35,225 nt of DNA from a virus (Duplodnaviria; Caudoviricetes). The notes under the pieces were generated by a model that ran no database searches, was not told where the DNA came from, and worked only from the letters and a program-made list of their open reading frames with translations. Shown here in pieces: positions 17,706 through 27,309 of the stretch (positions are counted from its first letter, which is position 1; each line of letters begins with the position of its first letter). The DNA lies in IMG/VR virus record IMGVR_UViG_3300012936_000066, positions 1-35,225 of that record. One strand, given 5' to 3'. Position numbers and translations under genes: made by a program.

Positions 17706-20700
17706 ATGTCACAGAAAACAAATTTAAACATAAGTCCTTATTATGATGACTTTAATGATGACAATAATTTTTACAGAGTTCTGTTTAGACCAGGCAGACC
17801 TGTTCAGGCTCGCGAATTAACAACTTTACAATCAATATTACAGAACCAAATACAATCTTTTGGTAGTCATGTATTTAAGGATGGATCAATGGTTCTTCCT
17901 GGTGGTGTTGCATATGACGATAGATATTTTTCAGTAAGATTAGAATCCGAACATTTAGGTCTTCCAATATCCCTATATCTTGATAATTTAAAAGGAAAAA
18001 AATTAAAAGGACAAAATTCAGGTATAGAATTATTAGTTAATGATTGCAAACTTCCAAGTTCATCAGATGACATTACTGATGTTACAATCTTTGTAAAATA
18101 TTTAACAGGAAATAATGATAACTTAATTGCAAATTTAGAGGATGGAGAACCTTTATTAACTCTAGAAGACATTACCTATGGAAATACAACCATAGTTGCT
18201 GGTGAAAGTGTTGCCACATTAGTACCTACAAACGCCTCTGCGGTTGGTAGTGCAGTTAAGATGAATGAAGGGGTATATTTCATCAGAGGAACCTTTGTAT
18301 CCGTTCCTACAAGCACTATAGTATTAGATGCATACTCAAATGAACCATCATATCGAGTAGGATTGAGAATTACAGAGTCAATTATTACAGCAAAAGAAGA
18401 CTCATCTCTATACGATAATGCAAAAGGATTTTCAAATTTTGCAGCACCTGGTGCAGATAGATTTAAGATAAGTGCAACTTTATCAAAAAAATCTTTAAGC
18501 GATACAAGTGATGTTAATTTTGTTGAAGTAATTAAACTAAGAAATGGTGAACTTAAAAAATTACAAGATTTTTCTGTTTACAATGAATTAGAAAAATACT
18601 TAGCTGCTAGAACATTTGAAGAATCTGGAAACTATTCAATCGATAATTTTAAAGTTGAAGTATCAGACTCATTGGATGATGGACTTTCTAATGGAGGAAT
18701 ATTTAAATCAAATCAAATAACCGAAGAAGGTAATACACCATCAGATGATTTAGGTTGTCTTGAAGTTAGTTCAGGTAAAGCATATGTGCAAGGTTTTAGA
18801 ATTAGTACACCTGGAACAACTATTGTAGATTTTGAAAAACCAAGAGATAAAGGAAAAGTAAACACTGCGTTAGTTCCATTTGATATGGGAACTTTAATAC
18901 GTGTCAATAATGTATCTGGAACACCTGTTTTGGGAACTGGTGTGAGTGAAAATACAGTATCCCTTTTAAGTCGAAGAAAAGATTCATCAGTCGCAACTGG
19001 AATCCCATCTGGTGCTTATGAGATAGGAAAAGCAAGGGTATATTCATTTGGACTAAGAAACACTCCATACGCAGATAATGCTAGTCAATGGAATCTTCAT
19101 TTATTTGATGTTCAAACATATACGTTTATAACTTTAAACACATCTTTAACAGCGACAATTAGTTCTTTTGTTAGAGGTGCTAGTAGTGGTGCTACAGGGT
19201 TTATTAATAGTTCAGTATCAGGTGCAACTGAGATTGTTTTATCTCAAACATCAGGAACCTTTATTCCAAATGAACAATTAATTATTGACACTAGCAATGG
19301 AGAGCAATCTAGATCTATTGTATCAGTTAGACAATATACTTTTGAAGATGTAAAATCTGTTTATCAAAATACAAATGGAATGACTGGTGGTATAACAGGA
19401 TTTATAGATTTTAGTGCAGATACAATATTAGAAACAACTCGAATCCAATCAATACCATCTTTCAACAATAGTGTAGTATCATCAACTAACGGGATTACAG
19501 GAACTATAACATCACCTGGTAATGCATTTACAGGAATAAAAACAGAATCAATCATACAATATCAAACTGCAGGAACTTCCGACATTAACTTTAACAGAGT
19601 TACTGATATCAGCACAGATTTAAAAACTTTAACTGTTGCTGGAATCACAACTGTTTCTGGAATAAATGATGGTAAAGTTGGTATTAACACCACATCCTCA
19701 GTGTCTTTAGCATCTCCAGTTGTTGTAGATAAGGAAAACACAGGATTATATGCAAAATTAGGATTTGATAATATATGTGAGGTGAATTTAGCAAATGCAA
19801 CTCTAGCAGTGTCTTCCCAATCTGCAATGTTTGCACTAAGTGCTAATTCAACAATACAAGCAGTTCCTGCAGGAATAACAAGTGCATTTTATTCAAACTT
19901 TGATACTCAAAAATATTCTTTAGTTTATAGCGATGGAACAGTAGAACCATTGACAAGAGATCAATTTGAATTGGTTGATGCAGGATCAAAAGTTCAATTT
20001 AGTGGATTAAGTAAAAATAGTGGTAATGCAGTTTTAAATGTTACTGTAGAAAAACAAAGTATTACAAATAAAACTAAGCAATTTGTAAGAAGCAATAAAA
20101 TAGTTATTGATAAAACAAAAGTTGGTGTAAGCACTAGTACAAATGGACTAACATTTAATCAATATTATGGTTTAAGAATAGAAGATAGGGAAATATCTTT
20201 AAATGCTCCTGATGTTGTGAATGTAGTTTCTATTTTAGAATCTAAAAATAATAATGATCCTACCTTAGATAAAATAACAACAGTATCTGGACTCTCTTTA
20301 AATACTAATGCTGTTGATGGTGAAAAAATAATTGGAGCAGAGAGTGGAGCAGTAGCACAATTAATCACCAGAGTTGATGGTGAAAATGTTGAAGTTGCAT
20401 ATTTTACAGATACACAATTTGTTTTAGGTGAGATAATAACATTCCAAGAGTCAAATATTGAGACAACAGTTCAAGCAATTACTTTAGGAAACAACATAAA
20501 TGTAACACAAAAATATTCTCTGGATAAAGGTCAAAGAGAACAATATTATGATTATTCAAGAATAGTAAGAAAACCAACTCTTTCTGCACCATCTAGAAGA
20601 CTTTTAGTAATATTTAATTCTTATATTGTCCCAACCACGGATACTGGCGATTTATTCACAGTTAATTCCTATGATCAAGAAAGATTTACAAGTGACATAC

Positions 20701-23700
20701 CACATTTAGAGGATAATTTAAGAGCAACAGATACACTTGATTTTAGACCTAGAGTATCACCCACAAGTAGTACATCAATATCTCCATTTGCTTTTACATC
20801 AAGAGATTTTTCAGTGTCAGGTTCAACACCGAGTCTTGTAGTTTCCCCAGAGGGAGATTCTAGATTAGGTTATAGTTATTTCTTACCTCGAATTGATAAA
20901 TTAGTTTTATCTCGTGGAGAAGCATATGAGGGTAGTTTTGCTATATTAAAAGGTGTATCATCTCTTAACCCCAAACCTCCAGCATTAATTGACGGTGCTA
21001 TGCATCTTGCAACTATTGAACTTCCAGCGTATCTTTATAATTCCAGTGATGCAAAGGTAACTCTAATTGAAAATAGAAGATATACAATGAGAGATATTGG
21101 TAAATTAGAGGATAGAATAGAAAATTTAGAGATAGCTACTAGTCTAAGTTTACTTGAATTAGATACAAAAACATTACAAATTAAAGACACAACTGGTGAT
21201 AGATTTAAATCTGGTTTCTTTGTAGATGACTTTAAGGATGTAAGTCGTATTGATTTAGAAAATCAAGACACAAAAATTAGTATTGATACTGAAAATGATG
21301 AATTAATTTCACCATTAGATCAATACAGTGTGAAACCATTACTAGGAGTATCTGAGAGTATTGATATAAATTCTGCAGACTTTTCTCAAAATTTACCTTT
21401 ACTGGATTCAAATGTACAGAAAACAGGTGATTTTATAACCTTAAAATATAGTGAAGTAAAATCTGATATTGGGAATGATCAGGCAAGTAGAGTTGAAAAT
21501 ATAAATCCATATGAAGTGGTTGTTAGACAGGGAAGAATCACTTTAAGTCCATCAGAGGATAACTGGACAAGAGTTACAGAAGTTGATGGTGGAATAAGAA
21601 GACTTATTGGAGATAATGCAGGTACATTTACTGATAGAATTTTAACATCATCAATACCAGATCCATTTATAAGATCTAGAAATGTTGGATTTAGTGCTTT
21701 AAATTTAACACCAGGTGTTAGACATTATCCTTTCTTTGATGGAAGGAGTGGTATTGATATCGTTCCAAAATTATTAGAAATTTCAATGGTTTCAGGAACT
21801 TTTGGAATAAGTGAAACTATTCGTGGTATTTCAACAGATGGTAATCAAATATTATCATTTAGAGTAGCACAACCGAATCATAAAACTGGAACATATGACT
21901 CACCTTCGTCAGTATTCCCAAGCAACCCTTATGATACTTCATTAACATTAGGATCATTTTATACTGAATCTTCAACAGTATTAAATGTTGATATTGCTTC
22001 TCTTTCTCAAGATGCTCAAGGTCAATTTTTTGGTAGAGTTGCTCCTAATATGAGACTCATTGGAGAAACCACTGGTGCGATTGCTATACTATCAAATATT
22101 AGATTAATACCTGATGAATTTGGTGCAGTTTTTGGGTCATTCTTCTTTAGAGATCCAACTGGTTCGCCACCACCACCATTAAGATTCTCAAATGGAATAA
22201 AAACTTTTAGATTAACTTCAAGTGTCAATAATGAAAATCCATTACCAGGACAAGAAGGGATTAATATAACACGCGGTGATGCACGATATAGTACCATTGG
22301 ATTAATTAATCAATTTACTTCTACTACAACGATTGTTCGTCTCCCACCACCACCTCCACCTCAACCACAAGTAAATGTTGACCCACTTGCACAGTCATTT
22401 ATTGTCGATGAGACAGGAATGTTCTTATCCTCATTAGACTTATATTTTGCAACCAAAGATGATAAAATTCCAGTCACAGTTCAAGTAAGAACTGTTGAGT
22501 TAGGAACTCCAACTAGTCAACTTGTTCAAGATTATGCAGAGGTAGTTCTAGATCCTACTCAATTAGATTCAAGTGGTGAATCAATTATAAAAACATCTAC
22601 GGACGCTTCATTACCAACTAGGGTTACTTTCCCATCTCCAATATATTTGGAACCTGATAGAGAATATGCTATTGTTCTTCTTGCACCAGCAACAATAGAA
22701 TACAATGTGTGGATTGCTCAGATGGGTGAAGAAACAATTGAGACACAAACACTTGGTGTTGATGAAGGATCAAAGAGTATTGTAACTAAACAATACCTTG
22801 GTGGAAGTTTATTCAAATCACAAAATGGAACTGTATGGACAGCGACTCAAACTCAGGACTTAAAATTTAATCTTTATAAGTGTTCTTTTGTGACCAGTCC
22901 TGGTACTCTTACGTTGTTTAACTCAGATATAACAACAAGTGATTTAGTTAACTTAAGATTACAAGATAATTCATTTAAAACCTATCCAAGAAAATTAAAA
23001 GTTGGAATTGACACAACAAATGCTTTAAGTAGTATTATATCAATAGGAACGAAGGTTTCAGCATCTAACGTTTCTCCATATACAAATTCTACGGATGCAA
23101 AAGGATTTGTTGAAAAAATTGGTGGTCCTATTGTAACATCTAGTGTTAGCACTGTTGGATCTGGATATTCAACAGGGTCTTTCTTTAATGTAAGTTTATA
23201 CTCTCTTACTGGTAATGGTTCTGGTGTAACAGGAACTGTGGTTGTTGGGGGGTCAGGTGCAGTTAGTTCTGTATCAATTGGCTCAACAGGTAACGGACAT
23301 GTTGTAGGAGATGTTTTAGGAATCACCACAGCAGACATGGGTAATGCTGGTTCTGGTGGTGAAGTAACTGTCACCAGTATATTTGGAATGGACACTTTAT
23401 ATCTAACAAATGTTCAAGGTGAAAAAATTAATGATGGTAGAAAATTAGTATATTATACTGATATTGTTACAGAAACAATCGCTAATTCTACGGTGGATGT
23501 AAGAGGAGATTCCGTAATCAATGGTGATTTGTATTCTGGAAATGTTCTTGAAGTTAACACCTCAAATCATTCTATGAATTCTATTGAAAACGTTGTACAA
23601 CTTGATGGAATAAAACCAGATACTGTCCCTGTTCTTTTAACAGAAAATATTTCTTCAACAGATACTGTAATTTCTGTTGCAAACACTGCACCATTTACAA

Positions 23701-24872
23701 AATTTGAAGGAATAACAACTAGTGCTGGTTATGTTCAGATAGGAAAAGAAATTATTTTCTATAATGGAATAGGTTCTGGAAACTTGACAGTTGGTGCAAG
23801 AGGATTTGGAGGATCTGTACAAGATGCTCATTTTATTAACGACCAAGCATTCAAGTATGAGTTTAATGGTATATCCATGACTGGTATTAACACAACTCAT
23901 AACTTACCGACGAATGCCACATTACAATCATTAAAAACTAGCGATACTTATTTCTTAGAAATTAATAGAGGAGCAGGGAGATCTAACTTACTCAATAGAT
24001 CAACTGGCGTTAATCAGATTAGTTTTACCGATGAAAAAGTTGGTGGAGAGAATCAATCTGTAGGATCACAAAACTTCCAATATGATGCGTTTGTTCCTTC
24101 ATTCTCTGTAATGACACCATCAACATCTACCACAATATCAAGTCAATTGAGATCTGTTTCTGGAACAAGTGAGGGTGGTTCTGAACTATCATTTGTAGAC
24201 CAAGGATTTGAAAGTGTTGAATTTAATCAATTGAATAGATTAGACACACCAAGACTTTTATGTTCAAAAGTCAATGAAAATGCAAGGTTGAGTGGTTTAC
24301 CTCGAAATAAATCTGTTACATTATTAACTCAATTTAATACTACTGATCCTAATTTATCTCCTGTTCTGGATACTATGAATGGTGCATTTAGATTCTTGAG
24401 AAATAGATTAAATTCTCCTATAAGTGATTACACAGTAGATTCTAGATCAAATAATATATCTGGTGACCCACACTCATCATGTTATATTTCGCAAAAAGTT
24501 AACTTGCAACAAGCATCAACATCATTAAAGGTATTGATAAGTGCTTACAGACATCCATCTGCTGATTTCAGAGTTTTATACAGATTATTCAAGACAGACT
24601 CAAGTGAAGTAGAACAATCATATGAACTATTTCCTGGTTTTGATAACTTGAATGATGTGGGTATTGATAAGATTGTTATTGATCCTAAACTGAATAGTGG
24701 AAAACCCGATGTCTTTATACCAGCAAGTAAAGAAGATGAATTTAGACAGTATGAATTTACCGTCGATGGATTGGATGAGTTTGTTGGATTCCAAATTAAG
24801 ATAGTATCAAGCGGAACCAACGAAGCATATCCTCCAAGATATAAAGATTTGAGGGTAATTGCTTTAGCATAA
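17706..24872 (+). CDS. vrlC: Large virion structural protein, VrlC/DUF4815-like, 2388 aa (probably baseplate- or fibre-associated)
   Basis: N-terminus NLNISPYYDDF...YRVLFRPGRPVQARELTTLQSILQNQI, plus APGADR, RTFEESGNY, RRYTMRDIGKLEDRI, DRFKSGFFVDDF, DPLAQSF, GSLFKSQN and terminal DLRVIALA. This pattern is typical of the gene after gp8 in cyanomyophages. Confidence 0.82.
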   Translation: MSQKTNLNISPYYDDFNDDNNFYRVLFRPGRPVQARELTTLQSILQNQIQSFGSHVFKDGSMVLPGGVAYDDRYFSVRLESEHLGLPISLYLDNLKGKKLKGQNSGIELLVNDCKLPSSSDDITDVTIFVKYLTGNNDNLIANLEDGEPLLTLEDITYGNTTIVAGESVATLVPTNASAVGSAVKMNEGVYFIRGTFVSVPTSTIVLDAYSNEPSYRVGLRITESIITAKEDSSLYDNAKGFSNFAAPGADRFKISATLSKKSLSDTSDVNFVEVIKLRNGELKKLQDFSVYNELEKYLAARTFEESGNYSIDNFKVEVSDSLDDGLSNGGIFKSNQITEEGNTPSDDLGCLEVSSGKAYVQGFRISTPGTTIVDFEKPRDKGKVNTALVPFDMGTLIRVNNVSGTPVLGTGVSENTVSLLSRRKDSSVATGIPSGAYEIGKARVYSFGLRNTPYADNASQWNLHLFDVQTYTFITLNTSLTATISSFVRGASSGATGFINSSVSGATEIVLSQTSGTFIPNEQLIIDTSNGEQSRSIVSVRQYTFEDVKSVYQNTNGMTGGITGFIDFSADTILETTRIQSIPSFNNSVVSSTNGITGTITSPGNAFTGIKTESIIQYQTAGTSDINFNRVTDISTDLKTLTVAGITTVSGINDGKVGINTTSSVSLASPVVVDKENTGLYAKLGFDNICEVNLANATLAVSSQSAMFALSANSTIQAVPAGITSAFYSNFDTQKYSLVYSDGTVEPLTRDQFELVDAGSKVQFSGLSKNSGNAVLNVTVEKQSITNKTKQFVRSNKIVIDKTKVGVSTSTNGLTFNQYYGLRIEDREISLNAPDVVNVVSILESKNNNDPTLDKITTVSGLSLNTNAVDGEKIIGAESGAVAQLITRVDGENVEVAYFTDTQFVLGEIITFQESNIETTVQAITLGNNINVTQKYSLDKGQREQYYDYSRIVRKPTLSAPSRRLLVIFNSYIVPTTDTGDLFTVNSYDQERFTSDIPHLEDNLRATDTLDFRPRVSPTSSTSISPFAFTSRDFSVSGSTPSLVVSPEGDSRLGYSYFLPRIDKLVLSRGEAYEGSFAILKGVSSLNPKPPALIDGAMHLATIELPAYLYNSSDAKVTLIENRRYTMRDIGKLEDRIENLEIATSLSLLELDTKTLQIKDTTGDRFKSGFFVDDFKDVSRIDLENQDTKISIDTENDELISPLDQYSVKPLLGVSESIDINSADFSQNLPLLDSNVQKTGDFITLKYSEVKSDIGNDQASRVENINPYEVVVRQGRITLSPSEDNWTRVTEVDGGIRRLIGDNAGTFTDRILTSSIPDPFIRSRNVGFSALNLTPGVRHYPFFDGRSGIDIVPKLLEISMVSGTFGISETIRGISTDGNQILSFRVAQPNHKTGTYDSPSSVFPSNPYDTSLTLGSFYTESSTVLNVDIASLSQDAQGQFFGRVAPNMRLIGETTGAIAILSNIRLIPDEFGAVFGSFFFRDPTGSPPPPLRFSNGIKTFRLTSSVNNENPLPGQEGINITRGDARYSTIGLINQFTSTTTIVRLPPPPPPQPQVNVDPLAQSFIVDETGMFLSSLDLYFATKDDKIPVTVQVRTVELGTPTSQLVQDYAEVVLDPTQLDSSGESIIKTSTDASLPTRVTFPSPIYLEPDREYAIVLLAPATIEYNVWIAQMGEETIETQTLGVDEGSKSIVTKQYLGGSLFKSQNGTVWTATQTQDLKFNLYKCSFVTSPGTLTLFNSDITTSDLVNLRLQDNSFKTYPRKLKVGIDTTNALSSIISIGTKVSASNVSPYTNSTDAKGFVEKIGGPIVTSSVSTVGSGYSTGSFFNVSLYSLTGNGSGVTGTVVVGGSGAVSSVSIGSTGNGHVVGDVLGITTADMGNAGSGGEVTVTSIFGMDTLYLTNVQGEKINDGRKLVYYTDIVTETIANSTVDVRGDSVINGDLYSGNVLEVNTSNHSMNSIENVVQLDGIKPDTVPVLLTENISSTDTVISVANTAPFTKFEGITTSAGYVQIGKEIIFYNGIGSGNLTVGARGFGGSVQDAHFINDQAFKYEFNGISMTGINTTHNLPTNATLQSLKTSDTYFLEINRGAGRSNLLNRSTGVNQISFTDEKVGGENQSVGSQNFQYDAFVPSFSVMTPSTSTTISSQLRSVSGTSEGGSELSFVDQGFESVEFNQLNRLDTPRLLCSKVNENARLSGLPRNKSVTLLTQFNTTDPNLSPVLDTMNGAFRFLRNRLNSPISDYTVDSRSNNISGDPHSSCYISQKVNLQQASTSLKVLISAYRHPSADFRVLYRLFKTDSSEVEQSYELFPGFDNLNDVGIDKIVIDPKLNSGKPDVFIPASKEDEFRQYEFTVDGLDEFVGFQIKIVSSGTNEAYPPRYKDLRVIALA

Positions 24873-25072
24873 TGATTCCAGTTAACGGTTACAAACATCT
24901 ATATCGAGATGAAAAATCGGGTGCGATTGTAAGTACCGATTCTCAAGGGTACTTACAATACAAAAAATTACAACAACAAAAGAAATATCAAGAAAATGAG
25001 ATACAAAGACTGAGAGAAGAAATTGATGAACTTAAATCATTAATCTCAGGATTAATCAATAAATCCTCTTAG
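24872..25072 (+). CDS. Small hypothetical protein with a C-terminal coiled coil, 66 aa
   Basis: TAATG-coupled to the VrlC-like gene; LYRD..SGAIV followed by the heptad EIQRLREEIDELKSLI. Confidence 0.8.
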   Translation: MIPVNGYKHLYRDEKSGAIVSTDSQGYLQYKKLQQQKKYQENEIQRLREEIDELKSLISGLINKSS

Positions 25073-25073
25073 A

Positions 25074-25081
25074 TATAAATA
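25074..25081 (+). promoter_or_regulatory. T4-type late promoter
   Basis: Exact TATAAATA 22 nt upstream of ATG 25104. Confidence 0.8.
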
Positions 25082-25103
25082 TTTAAAAATGTATTGATTA
25101 ATA

Positions 25104-25442
25104 ATGGCAGTATATGTATCCAACATCACAATTGAGCAAGGGTTTGACTTTGATACTTCCTTTCAATTAGAGGATACTCGTTCAAACGAATTTTTGAATT
25201 TAGTTGGAGCAGCAACAACAGCAATGCTTAGAAAACACTCAGCAGCCAAAAATAAGGTGTCTTTTATAAGTAAAGTTGCTGATGCTGAAACTGGTATAAT
25301 TTCCATATCTCTGACTGCTGCTAATACAGTGTTACTAAAACCTGGAAGATACGTATATGATGTAAAGATAATAACTTCTGGTGGTCGAGAATATAAGGCT
25401 ATAGAAGGAACAGCACTCGTCAGATCTGGAGTAACAAGGTAA
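25104..25442 (+). CDS. Probable small virion beta-sandwich/adaptor protein, 112 aa
   Basis: Has its own late promoter. The pattern I.QG.DF...GIISISLTA..T..LKPGRYVYDV...EG...V..GVTR is reminiscent of phage Ig-like or fibre-attachment domains. Confidence 0.7.
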   Translation: MAVYVSNITIEQGFDFDTSFQLEDTRSNEFLNLVGAATTAMLRKHSAAKNKVSFISKVADAETGIISISLTAANTVLLKPGRYVYDVKIITSGGREYKAIEGTALVRSGVTR

Positions 25443-26461
25443 TGACAACTATAAATGATCGAATCGGATCGCAAAATGTAATTAGGGTATTATCTAATGC
25501 TTCGGCACCTCCAACCAGATTGGCAAATTTGGGTGATGTTGACTCAACGAGAAAAAGTGAGAATGGTTTAGTATTAGTATGGAGTTTAACAGACGAAAAA
25601 TTTGTCTTAACTGACACGGTTGATGCTGCTGAACTCATTATAACTGGTATTACATCATTCTCTAATGTAACAAACTCTACGAGTCCAACAACAGGTGCAT
25701 TGAAGATTGCTGGTGGTGTTGGAATAGAAAAGAACTTAAATATAGCAGCAAATTTACAAGTTACTGGTTTATCTACATTCGTAGGAGTCGTAACTACGTC
25801 GAATGATTTGTATGTTGGTGGTGATCTATATGTAAATGATGATATTGTTCTTGATGAAGTATCTGCAAGACAAATTAATATTTCAGGAATTGGTTCTTTT
25901 GGTTCTATTTCCATTGGATCAACTGAAGTTTTAAGTTCTGGATTTCAATTAAAGAATATCGCATCGCTAGATGCAACAACAACATCAACAATTGAATCTG
26001 CAATCGCAAATGCTCCAAATACTTTCACAAATTTAAATATTACTGGGATTGCAACCTTTTTAGACCAAACAAATATTAATCATCTGAGTGTAACTGGTGT
26101 TACTACTGTTAGTAATGATGTAGTTTTTACAGGTGCAACTTCTAATGCAAGATGGGATTATTCTACAAGTGATTTAATATTATTTGATAATACTCGATTA
26201 GAATTTGGAAGTAATAAAGATTTTGAGATATGGCACGGAGGTGCTCATACATACTTAAAAAATAGTGGTGGTGATCTTAGAATTCGTGGTGATAAAATCC
26301 TACTCAAAAATGAAGATGGTAGTGAGAAATATCTTGAAGCCACTGCTAATCAAGATGTAAAATTGTTCTTTAATGATGTTGAAAAAATGGCTACTACTGT
26401 AGATGGTGTTAATGTACTTGGAACCTTAACTGCCCAATTGATTGATGGAGGCTCGTATTAA
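25442..26461 (+). CDS. Fibre-like virion protein at the fibritin (wac) position, 339 aa
   Basis: Lies directly upstream of gp13. It has LANLGDVD...GLVLVW, TGALKIAGGVGIEKNL, V/T/G-rich beta repeats and a C-terminal IDGGSY, all typical of phage fibre proteins. Confidence 0.65.
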   Translation: MTTINDRIGSQNVIRVLSNASAPPTRLANLGDVDSTRKSENGLVLVWSLTDEKFVLTDTVDAAELIITGITSFSNVTNSTSPTTGALKIAGGVGIEKNLNIAANLQVTGLSTFVGVVTTSNDLYVGGDLYVNDDIVLDEVSARQINISGIGSFGSISIGSTEVLSSGFQLKNIASLDATTTSTIESAIANAPNTFTNLNITGIATFLDQTNINHLSVTGVTTVSNDVVFTGATSNARWDYSTSDLILFDNTRLEFGSNKDFEIWHGGAHTYLKNSGGDLRIRGDKILLKNEDGSEKYLEATANQDVKLFFNDVEKMATTVDGVNVLGTLTAQLIDGGSY

Positions 26462-27303
26462 TGGCAAAACCAACCACCAGACAGGAATTAGTTGATTATT
26501 GTTTAAGACAACTAGGTGCACCTGTTTTAGAAATAAATGTAGATGACGATCAAATTGATGATTTGGTTGATGATGCTATTCAGTATTTCAACGAGAGGCA
26601 CTTTGATGGTGTTGAGAGAATGTATTTGAAATATCAAATAAGTGATGATGATATTAAAAGGGCAAGTGGAAGTGGAACAGATGGTGTTGGGATAGTTACA
26701 ACAACAGGAACTGCAAATGTAAGTGGAGTTGGAACAATAACCTCTAACTTCTATGAGAACTCTAATTTTATTCAAGTTCCAGATTCTGTCGTAGGAATTG
26801 AAAGAATATTCAAATTTGACACAAGTTCAATATCAGGTGGAATGTTCAGTATCAAGTATCAATTGTTTTTAAATGATTTGTATTACTTTAATTCAGTTGA
26901 ATTACTTCAATATACAATGACAAAAAGATATTTGGAAGATATTGACTTTTTATTAACCACAGATAAACAAATAAGATTTAACAAGAGACAGAATAGGTTA
27001 TATTTGGATATTGATTGGAAAGCACAATCAAAAGATACTTTTTTAGTTATTGATTGTTTTAGAGCATTAGACCCTGAAAATTTTACAAAAGTTTTTAATG
27101 ATAGTTTCTTAAAGAGATACTTAACACTTTTGATTAAAAGGCAATGGGGATTAAATATGATGAAATTTAGTGGAACTCGATTACCAGGTGGAATTGAGTT
27201 AAATGGTAGACAATACTATGAAGATGCAGAGAGAGAATTGGCAGACATAAAACAAAGAATGTCTCTCGAATACGAGTTGCCACCTCTCGATTTTATAGGA
27301 TAG
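26461..27303 (+). CDS. gp13: Neck protein gp13
   Basis: MAKP..RQELVDYCLRQLGAPVLEINVDDDQ, HFDG, KRQWG.N..KF.G..LPGG..LNG and terminal PPLDFIG. Confidence 0.93.
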   Translation: MAKPTTRQELVDYCLRQLGAPVLEINVDDDQIDDLVDDAIQYFNERHFDGVERMYLKYQISDDDIKRASGSGTDGVGIVTTTGTANVSGVGTITSNFYENSNFIQVPDSVVGIERIFKFDTSSISGGMFSIKYQLFLNDLYYFNSVELLQYTMTKRYLEDIDFLLTTDKQIRFNKRQNRLYLDIDWKAQSKDTFLVIDCFRALDPENFTKVFNDSFLKRYLTLLIKRQWGLNMMKFSGTRLPGGIELNGRQYYEDAERELADIKQRMSLEYELPPLDFIG

Positions 27304-27309
27304 TGACAC

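Noticed and set aside
1590-26461. Absence of recognisable gp9-gp12 and placement of gp25 directly before gp6
   Set aside because: This is the usual arrangement in T4-like cyanophages, so it is not novel.
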